From Escherichia phage phiAPCEc03: 64,000 bases of DNA. A program made the translations under genes and the position numbers. Shown here in pieces: positions 48,203-55,073 of the stretch (the first letter of the stretch is position 1; the number at the start of each line of letters is the position of its first letter). Where the stretch lies: the sequence record NC_047754.1; one strand, 5' to 3'. Below the pieces are notes generated by a model. That model ran no database searches. It saw only the letters and a program-made list of their open reading frames with translations, and was not told the DNA's origin.

Positions 48203-50963
48203 GTTCGGACAGTACTTCTTCTGCCATAGCCTTCTCTTCCTCTGTCATGAATTTGAAAGGAATTGGCATACACTCGATTTTACAATAGGTTCTGTACCAG
48301 TCTACGATATTTTCAGTGTTCATATCCTTACCAATACCCATCATACCAAGATACATTCTAGCATATTTTGGGTTAGCACTCTGACCTGTTTTAAGGAAGA
48401 AATCTTTCTTCTTACCTTTCAGAGCTTCTATGAATGGTTTGATAGTAACATTTGAACACTTCTTAATATCTTCCCAGAACATCTCGTGCATCTTATGGAA
48501 GAATGCAGCTCGATCATTAGGTTTATCTTTGATATATTGTTCAACATGCTCAACTGTTACATCTTTAATAGACTCAAGATGATAGTAGCGAACAAGAAGT
48601 AGTTTAGCTTCGTACGCATCTGCATGGCGTGGAGCACAATAATCAGGAGTTGAATATAAAATAGCTTTGATTCGCTCTTCCGTATACTCTTTTCCTGCAC
48701 CTTCGATAGTTCCCCAGCTTTCACTGAAAATATCAATAGTTGCACCCTGATCAAGCAAGTAATAACGTAAAGTACTAGTATAGTTCCTAGACTCCAGCTC
48801 CCTACGACGTGCGTATAATTGCTGTGCTAACTCCAGCCAACCTTCATCAATGTTATATTGTTCAGAACCTGCGGAGAATCCACTCGTAGATTTATCAATG
48901 AAATAATAAATGTTCTGAGCGCCACGGTCGCGCCTGATTGCTTGGAAACGCATGTTTGGCGCTTGGTTACTAGTTCTAGTAATAACGAATACGTTATCAA
49001 AGTAGTTAAAGTCAACTCCACTCGTTACGGATGGACTACATAATAAGCAATCAATTTGTTGATCAATTAGCTCATTAGTTGTGTAATCCAGAATACGTCT
49101 AATATCCACATCAGACGTAGAGTTTGAGTGGATTTCCTTAACTAACGCACCCGTATTACGACGCAACGCCATGCCCTTCTCATTCAGTTCATCTGGTCCA
49201 CAGTCAGATACTAGGATAGATTTCTCACCCATCTCTAGAGATGTCTGAAGTGCAACCCAAATACTGGATTCATCAGGAAACTCATAAGCATGAGCTTTTG
49301 ACAGCATTCTACGGTGATGATTATAAAATGCAACCGGTTTATCAAACTCAATCAAGGAACCATATGCTTCAATTGTTTCTGCACTAATATCACCATCAGA
49401 TAATATAATGATTTTTGCAGTTGCAAGAATGTCCCGAAGAACCTGAATACATTCACGACGTTGTTTAACAACCGGGGCGAATAATAGGTCATTCATTACA
49501 GCGTCACATTCATCGATAAAGATTGCATCAATTTGACCAATAAAACTCTTGAACTTATGCAAAGAGTGAATAGTTGTGGACATACGGTCAATAGCACCAC
49601 GCTTAAAATTGAGCATATCTACAGACTTATCATATTGTCCTGCACTAAATTTCTTGGCATTTGAAGATACCAGTGCTCTAGTATTGGTAATTGCTAAGAA
49701 ATTACCTTTAATAACTCCTGAGTCTAACCAACGCACAACCGCCGTGGTTTTACCTGTACCTAGACTTGCTTTTACAAAAGTCATATAACCTTCTGGTGGC
49801 ACAGTATTTAATTTCAAGAAGTTATCAGTTTCTAGAGAATTAGTTTCTAGCTTTTTAAGTGGAATACCTTTTAAAACATCTGGTATATCACGTTTAGAAT
49901 TATTAACAAACGCTTTCAGAGCCTGCTTACGACCGTTGTTAAAATAATCTTGAATATTACGACTATTATCTTTAGTTGCAATATACTCAGATAAAGCTGG
50001 GCGGATCTCCTTCTCTAGCCAACCAAAATCTACACCATCCTCTAGTGCTCGGTGATAGAGTTTAGGAATAATACGTAGATATACACCATCCTCAGCTTCT
50101 TCTAACTCGCTGATGGTTTCTTCTACTTTATCAGAGGCAGCCTTTTTACCTTTAATTTGATCGAGTAAGGAGTAGAACTCCTCTTTAAACTCTCCTCTAG
50201 TTGTTTCATAGTCAACTAGATTATTGGGTAAATTTACTTTTGAGCCTTTAACAAATACCAGACGTGAAGCACCCTCCGCTTTAAACGGATCTACTATACC
50301 ATCAGTAAATAAAGGATCTGCAAAGTAATGGAGCTGTACGGAAGAGTAATAAGCTAAGTCGGCAATATCAAAGCCATACTTTTGTCTACTACTTTCGTTG
50401 ATAGATGTAAATAAGAACTTGATTTGACCCTGAGTTACTTTAACATTAGATTCTAGTATTAAGTGCATTCGGATACCTGGTTTTAGCCCAGCCGAAGACG
50501 ATGCATGAGCAATAAACCCTGCATCAAGAGGAAACATGTCCTCACTAATACTATTTAACATTCTAATAATATGTCGAGCCATGCCAACAAGATCAAACTT
50601 GTTACAACCACCTGTATCTACAATACCATCCACGTCCATTGCAATTATATGACTTGGGTTAGATACATTAAAGTTGCCCTTCTTACGTCGCACATTATTT
50701 TTAGGTGCAAGACATCGACCTCGTACCGCAACGATATGAGGGTCAGACGTTAAACGTCTCATAAGAGGAAGCATTTCTACTAGGGTTTGAGGATCAACTT
50801 CATCAATTACATCAAACTTGAAGGGCATTGAAGCTGGTTTACCTTCAGGATGCTTTGAGGAAAATCTTTTAGCAAAAAGATAGTCTTCTGCTTTAACTTC
50901 TCGCCAATTGCCTGTGGCTAAATCGCGATGAAATCCTGCATGACCTTGTAGGATTGAGAACAC
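48177..50963 (-). CDS. large P-loop ATPase / helicase-like protein (possible replication-origin-binding protein)
   Basis: Walker A SLGTGKTTAV and Walker B IFIDECDAV; ORF track start (51041) is a TTG; GTG at 50963 with AGGAG SD 7 nt upstream is preferred; first ATG is further downstream. Confidence 0.6.
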   Translation of the reverse strand: MFSILQGHAGFHRDLATGNWREVKAEDYLFAKRFSSKHPEGKPASMPFKFDVIDEVDPQTLVEMLPLMRRLTSDPHIVAVRGRCLAPKNNVRRKKGNFNVSNPSHIIAMDVDGIVDTGGCNKFDLVGMARHIIRMLNSISEDMFPLDAGFIAHASSSAGLKPGIRMHLILESNVKVTQGQIKFLFTSINESSRQKYGFDIADLAYYSSVQLHYFADPLFTDGIVDPFKAEGASRLVFVKGSKVNLPNNLVDYETTRGEFKEEFYSLLDQIKGKKAASDKVEETISELEEAEDGVYLRIIPKLYHRALEDGVDFGWLEKEIRPALSEYIATKDNSRNIQDYFNNGRKQALKAFVNNSKRDIPDVLKGIPLKKLETNSLETDNFLKLNTVPPEGYMTFVKASLGTGKTTAVVRWLDSGVIKGNFLAITNTRALVSSNAKKFSAGQYDKSVDMLNFKRGAIDRMSTTIHSLHKFKSFIGQIDAIFIDECDAVMNDLLFAPVVKQRRECIQVLRDILATAKIIILSDGDISAETIEAYGSLIEFDKPVAFYNHHRRMLSKAHAYEFPDESSIWVALQTSLEMGEKSILVSDCGPDELNEKGMALRRNTGALVKEIHSNSTSDVDIRRILDYTTNELIDQQIDCLLCSPSVTSGVDFNYFDNVFVITRTSNQAPNMRFQAIRRDRGAQNIYYFIDKSTSGFSAGSEQYNIDEGWLELAQQLYARRRELESRNYTSTLRYYLLDQGATIDIFSESWGTIEGAGKEYTEERIKAILYSTPDYCAPRHADAYEAKLLLVRYYHLESIKDVTVEHVEQYIKDKPNDRAAFFHKMHEMFWEDIKKCSNVTIKPFIEALKGKKKDFFLKTGQSANPKYARMYLGMMGIGKDMNTENIVDWYRTYCKIECMPIPFKFMTEEEKAMAEEVLSELGATNEDA

Positions 50964-51462
50964 AACAATACTCCTGTGTTGGAAATGAAATAAGTTTTCT
51001 TTAGGACTATTCAGAAAGAATAGAACAACTGTTACTGTCAATTTCTCAACAAATTAATTGCAAATACTGAAGTGGGGTGGCAACTTCCACTTTCACGCTG
51101 CGCTGCTGCTTTGCTATACCGCACAAATCCTTGAGGATGGCCGCTAAGCCAGATTTGCTCACCTAATGCTTCATATACTAGCTCATACTAGATGCAATAT
51201 AACTTACAGAATCACGTCTCGGAGTTTTTCACTCCTCCCGTCTCACTTCACAACCACCTCTGTCTAGGTTGCTTCGAGGCCTTACCAGGGTTCCTACGGG
51301 ACGCAGATCGCTAAGTATTCTATTAACTATTTGTTTAAAAACTAACACGTAACAGTTAAAACAACCCTTAATGGGGCAGCCTAACTGTTCCGTATCGCGG
51401 ATTGTAAACAAGAAAAATTAGCAAAATCAATTTTTACTAATGTCTCTCAATTCAATATAAAT

Positions 51463-51491
51463 ATTATATCAAGATTTTGGGCATCCTGCAA
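51463..51491 (-). promoter_or_regulatory. sigma70 promoter (-35 TTGCAG, 17 nt, -10 TATAAT) firing into a ~500 nt leader
   Basis: Minus strand TTGCAG-gatgcccaaaatcttga-TATAAT-ATTTATATTGAATTGAG. Confidence 0.5.
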
Positions 51492-51582
51492 GTAAAATTT
51501 TCCGGATGGTGCTATCATTGGTCTTGAGTACGGATAAAACCGAGCCAAAATGACTCGGTAATCAGAGTTCAGCTAATAAAAA

Positions 51583-51975
51583 TCATTCATCATTTAGGCC
51601 TGGAACATAAATCCCAACACGATTTAATTGTTCTTTAGCTTCTGCGAGAATATCTGGAGTGTACTCCCAAATATCATCTTCCACCTGTAAAAGATGGGGC
51701 GAACAACCATCATCCGGCACACGACATATGGCCAAACCACGTGGATGGAATATAGAGAAGTTTAGGGCAACAATTAAACCCATAGCGGATAATTCATTCC
51801 AGTCCAATTCCCATTCCCCCGCGTAGCCGGATAGGAAAACACCAACACAGGGATCATCTATTTGCTGCTCCGGAAAAGTGAAGGAGGCTTGTCTTACCCC
51901 CAACCAACGTTGTAGCAGCTTCTCCGCACGTTTCACCAAACTAGGATCAATCTGACGCCAATATACTTGTTCCAT
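51583..51975 (-). CDS. hypothetical protein, tandem paralog B
   Basis: 130 aa; aligns with neighbour at 51985 (PCVGVFL..W.EL..MGLIVALNF..F.P......YVPGL versus PCIGLIV..WKELDEMGLVFALNYKLFMP....YMIPGL). Confidence 0.5.
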   Translation of the reverse strand: MEQVYWRQIDPSLVKRAEKLLQRWLGVRQASFTFPEQQIDDPCVGVFLSGYAGEWELDWNELSAMGLIVALNFSIFHPRGLAICRVPDDGCSPHLLQVEDDIWEYTPDILAEAKEQLNRVGIYVPGLNDE

Positions 51976-51984
51976 TATGCCCTC

Positions 51985-52413
51985 TTAAGCAGTTAAACCT
52001 GGGATCATATACCCGAAACGTCGAAGTTTCTGAATCCCCTCATCTACTTCTTCCGGTGAGTAAGACCAACCATAACGTTCATTAACCTGAAAACCAGGAG
52101 ATTCACTAGTTTTATAGTTAACAACGAGGCGATGCTTAGCAGGCATAAACAGCTTATAGTTTAACGCAAAAACTAAGCCCATTTCATCTAACTCTTTCCA
52201 GCCGACAATCTCTTCAAGACCCTCCTCTACCTGAACAATTAAACCAATACAGGGGGCCTCATCAATATCATCTTTAAAAGCAAAGGAGATTTCGTTATTC
52301 TCACACCATATTTTCAAAGAGTTAATAGCCTCATTATACAGGCTAGCTGGGAGAGTACGCCAAAAGTTAACCAAAATTGGGTTAGCTTCTTTAGAGAATA
52401 CATTATTGAACAT
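51985..52413 (-). CDS. hypothetical protein, tandem paralog A
   Basis: 142 aa; see paralog B. Confidence 0.5.
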   Translation of the reverse strand: MFNNVFSKEANPILVNFWRTLPASLYNEAINSLKIWCENNEISFAFKDDIDEAPCIGLIVQVEEGLEEIVGWKELDEMGLVFALNYKLFMPAKHRLVVNYKTSESPGFQVNERYGWSYSPEEVDEGIQKLRRFGYMIPGLTA

Positions 52414-52415
52414 AT

Positions 52416-52955
52416 TTACACCTTAAATTGTTGCAAGGATTTACACATTTCAAGATCTGGGCTAAATTCTAGCATATAGCTAACAGCTTTTAAATCTTGA
52501 AGATTTATCCCAGTCCTACCGTTGACTATAACCGTTGGATACTGATACATCATAGCACCCGCATCATCAAGCACACACCAATGTTTGAGCTTATGCTTTT
52601 CAACGAAGCGAAGAACAGAATTACCCCTAGATAATCCACCACCAGTAAAATCCGTTGTACCAAGAAAACGATCGATAAGACCTAATCCGGTCATAATCTG
52701 AACGTTCTCCATCTCATTTCTGACAGAAAACCAAGATGATACTCCGACAATCATTATCGGAGAAGGACGAATAAAGTCCTGAAAAGCCTTGAGAAGCGGT
52801 TTGAAAACCCAGTCACTTCCAAAGAAAATCTTTTCATCATCAGGTGCATGATGGTGGGAGATGCTCGAATTGAGCACCCCATCAATGTCTAGAAAAATAA
52901 TTGGAGTATTACTTATTTCCACCAGTAGCATCCCACGTCCAGACTTTAACTTCAT
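52416..52955 (-). CDS. HAD-superfamily phosphatase-like protein
   Basis: 179 aa; motif I FLDIDGVL near N-terminus; downstream VLDDAG-type acidic motif. Confidence 0.6.
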   Translation of the reverse strand: MKLKSGRGMLLVEISNTPIIFLDIDGVLNSSISHHHAPDDEKIFFGSDWVFKPLLKAFQDFIRPSPIMIVGVSSWFSVRNEMENVQIMTGLGLIDRFLGTTDFTGGGLSRGNSVLRFVEKHKLKHWCVLDDAGAMMYQYPTVIVNGRTGINLQDLKAVSYMLEFSPDLEMCKSLQQFKV

Positions 52956-53094
52956 CAGTAAAAGGAACCGGAACCTTCAATTCACCCTTACCCCACATAA
53001 CAGACAGGAACAGAGAATAAATGGTAATCATACCAATTAGGTTGACAAACCATACTAGACCTTTCCAGATACCCTTAAAAATCTTCTTTATCAT
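52909..53094 (-). CDS. small membrane protein
   Basis: 61 aa; hydrophobic helix LVWFVNLIGMITIYSLFLSVMW; start overlaps stop of upstream small ORF (ATGA). Confidence 0.4.
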   Translation of the reverse strand: MIKKIFKGIWKGLVWFVNLIGMITIYSLFLSVMWGKGELKVPVPFTDEVKVWTWDATGGNK

Positions 53095-53261
53095 TCGTTC
53101 TCCTCTAGGAACGTATCATACTCAACCGTATCAACATATATGACACCATAGTCATCGGATTTATAGTCCATTTCCCACAGCTCACAGCGATAGCACCAAC
53201 TACCATCCGCCCATACAAATATATCATCGGGATGTGTATACACAGATTTAACTATGGACAT
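53091..53261 (-). CDS. small hypothetical protein (56 aa), paralog of 53252..53437
   Basis: Hand translation MSIVKSVYTHPDDIFVWADGSWCYRCELWEMDYKSDDYGVIYVDTVEYDTFLEENE; shares D-IF-x-GSWCYR motif with neighbour; below ORF-track cutoff. Confidence 0.35.
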   Translation of the reverse strand: MSIVKSVYTHPDDIFVWADGSWCYRCELWEMDYKSDDYGVIYVDTVEYDTFLEENE

Positions 53262-53437
53262 ATCTGTTTCCCCTCATCTCCAGAGGATAACCATATGTTC
53301 TCTGTAGTATAGATAATTTTATATGTGTTGCCCAACCTTTCTTTAACATTAGGAAATCTATAGGCAAACCTATAACACCACGTGCCAGACTCAGTTATAA
53401 AAATATCCCATTCATTATTTCTTGCTTCCCGACACAT
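53252..53437 (-). CDS. small hypothetical protein
   Basis: 61 aa; EWDIFITESGTWCYRF motif shared with 53091..53261. Confidence 0.35.
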   Translation of the reverse strand: MCREARNNEWDIFITESGTWCYRFAYRFPNVKERLGNTYKIIYTTENIWLSSGDEGKQICP

Positions 53438-54233
53438 AAGGTCTACCCTCTAAATGAGCTTCTACACGAGCAATAAAATCAGGATCACTGAAAGCATCTA
53501 CCGCACCTTTACTCCAGTAAGGGATACCGCGTTCTTCCAGCTGGTACATCTCACTACGAGTCATACCTTGATAGCCCGGTTCCGCCGCTAGGGCACTATC
53601 ATAGTAGTTAACAACCATTAGCTTGGCAGCAGTCAAATTAAGAACAGGAAATAATTCCCAGTAGAAGTTAATTACTTGGTTAGAGCAACCAATCACAACG
53701 ATCATATCTTGACTGGTAATACCATCAAAAACATTGTACATTTCTGCGTATGCAGGAGCATGCTCTCCAAAGAAGATTACATTAGGTTTAACCCATTTAT
53801 AATCATCTGGATCAATAGAATTATATCCTACATCAATAATCCGTTTATTACTACTACTGTAGCTATCCGCTACAACAACCTCTTTTAAGTATCCATGAAT
53901 GTGCAGAATGTCACTATGTGGAACTCCAGCACGCTCAATAAGGTCATCAACGTTGGTAGTCAAGTTTACTATTTGACCGGGATATTGTTTATACCATTCG
54001 CCAATACGCAAATGCGCAAGATTGGGTTCAACAGTTTTTAGCTCTTCACGACGCTTGTTGTAAAACATATGGGTTTTATGATAAAAATTACCACGAAAGG
54101 CATGAATATTACATACTTCTTCTAGATCATAATCATCCCACAGTGCTTTACCACTAGCAGTATCAGTACGGAAGGCTCGTACACCACTTTCAACACTCAA
54201 ACCTGCACCGCTAATAATAATTAATCTACGCAT
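53415..54233 (-). CDS. Sir2-family (sirtuin-like) NAD-dependent protein, zinc-ribbon-less
   Basis: 272 aa; sirtuin signature motifs GAGLSVESGVRAFR (cf. GAGISxxSGIPxFR), TTNVDDL (cf. TQNID), HIHG catalytic His, NVIFFGE, VIGCS; no CxxC...CxxC zinc module between HG and FFGE. Confidence 0.7.
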   Translation of the reverse strand: MRRLIIISGAGLSVESGVRAFRTDTASGKALWDDYDLEEVCNIHAFRGNFYHKTHMFYNKRREELKTVEPNLAHLRIGEWYKQYPGQIVNLTTNVDDLIERAGVPHSDILHIHGYLKEVVVADSYSSSNKRIIDVGYNSIDPDDYKWVKPNVIFFGEHAPAYAEMYNVFDGITSQDMIVVIGCSNQVINFYWELFPVLNLTAAKLMVVNYYDSALAAEPGYQGMTRSEMYQLEERGIPYWSKGAVDAFSDPDFIARVEAHLEGRPYVSGSKK

Positions 54234-54447
54234 TTTTCACCTGTTCTCTGAAGTTTTGCCCAATACTGCCTAATAGCTCAGCTAATTCTTTATTGCCTTT
54301 CTCCATTAAGGTATTAGCAATAACTTCTAGCATAGTAGCGCAGGATTCAACACCATCCTTATAGCCAGTTTCCCAGTGCTGCATTAATGCATTTTCCAAA
54401 GCGGCGTTTAACCCCTTATCTGGTAGCATCGGCTTCGAGAATGCCAT
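54226..54447 (-). CDS. hypothetical protein
   Basis: 73 aa ORF. Confidence 0.35.
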   Translation of the reverse strand: MAFSKPMLPDKGLNAALENALMQHWETGYKDGVESCATMLEVIANTLMEKGNKELAELLGSIGQNFREQVKNA

Positions 54448-54619
54448 ACAGTTTCTCCTCTAGTTCCATAACACGATTTTCATAAGAGGCACGCAACTTT
54501 TCAATTGCCAGCGCACGCACTGTAACCTCATTAGAATTAATAGCTAATTGGGCCAGATCTTCTGTTTCCATACGTCCGTTGTAAATTAAGCGATATTTAA
54601 GATGTTTTACGTTTTTCAT
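54416..54619 (-). CDS. hypothetical protein
   Basis: 67 aa ORF. Confidence 0.35.
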   Translation of the reverse strand: MKNVKHLKYRLIYNGRMETEDLAQLAINSNEVTVRALAIEKLRASYENRVMELEEKLYGILEADATR

Positions 54620-54990
54620 ACTTTTAGCTCCGCTCCAATATCCTCATAGAAGTAATCGTAGTAAACCTGCTTAATATGATGTTTAATAACAGAAGAGAAA
54701 TCCTCTGTGCCGTTAGAGGTAACATTAAATACTTGTAAGTGGTTCCAATATACAAATTCTAGAGTCTCTTTTAAGTCTTCAGGTTCTTCATATATAGGAT
54801 TATAGACAGTAATATCTAATTCTTGCTCTACGAAGTCACCTAGTAATGTAGGATATCCAATACCTCCTAGCAATGAGTAATCACCTGTAGCAGCAAAAAT
54901 AGCTTCCTGAATAGTATCTACTCCTAAGTGATAATGTCCTAACTTAGATACAACAATAAATGGTTTTAGGTCCATATACCCTCCTCTCAA
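54616..54990 (-). CDS. hypothetical protein
   Basis: 124 aa acidic ORF with SD GAGAGGAGGG and upstream promoter. Confidence 0.45.
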   Translation of the reverse strand: MRGGYMDLKPFIVVSKLGHYHLGVDTIQEAIFAATGDYSLLGGIGYPTLLGDFVEQELDITVYNPIYEEPEDLKETLEFVYWNHLQVFNVTSNGTEDFSSVIKHHIKQVYYDYFYEDIGAELKV

Positions 54991-55002
54991 ATTTATAAAT
55001 CA

Positions 55003-55031
55003 ATTATACATAAGTTTTAGCTCGAAAGCAA
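55003..55031 (-). promoter_or_regulatory. sigma70 promoter (-35 TTGCTT, 17 nt, -10 TATAAT)
   Basis: Minus strand TTGCTT-tcgagctaaaacttatg-TATAAT-TGATTTATAAATTTGAGAGGAGGG then ATG at 54990. Confidence 0.6.
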
Positions 55032-55066
55032 ATAAAATAAAAGCCAGGTCGACTAGCAACCCGGCT
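55032..55066 (-). terminator. intrinsic terminator after nrdD
   Basis: Minus-strand hairpin AGCCGGG-ttgctagtcga-CCTGGCT followed by TTTTATTTTATTT. Confidence 0.6.
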
Positions 55067-55073
55067 GATTAGC

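Noticed and set aside
50964-51041. N-terminal 26 codons of the large ATPase ORF as drawn in the ORF track
   Set aside because: Track start corresponds to TTG without SD; GTG at 50963 has an AGGAG 7 nt upstream, so the shorter CDS was preferred (uncertain).
51229-51411. 60 aa ORF in the 620 bp leader region
   Set aside because: Starts at TTG with no Shine-Dalgarno; Cys/Arg-rich translation with no motif; region more likely non-coding RNA or regulatory DNA.
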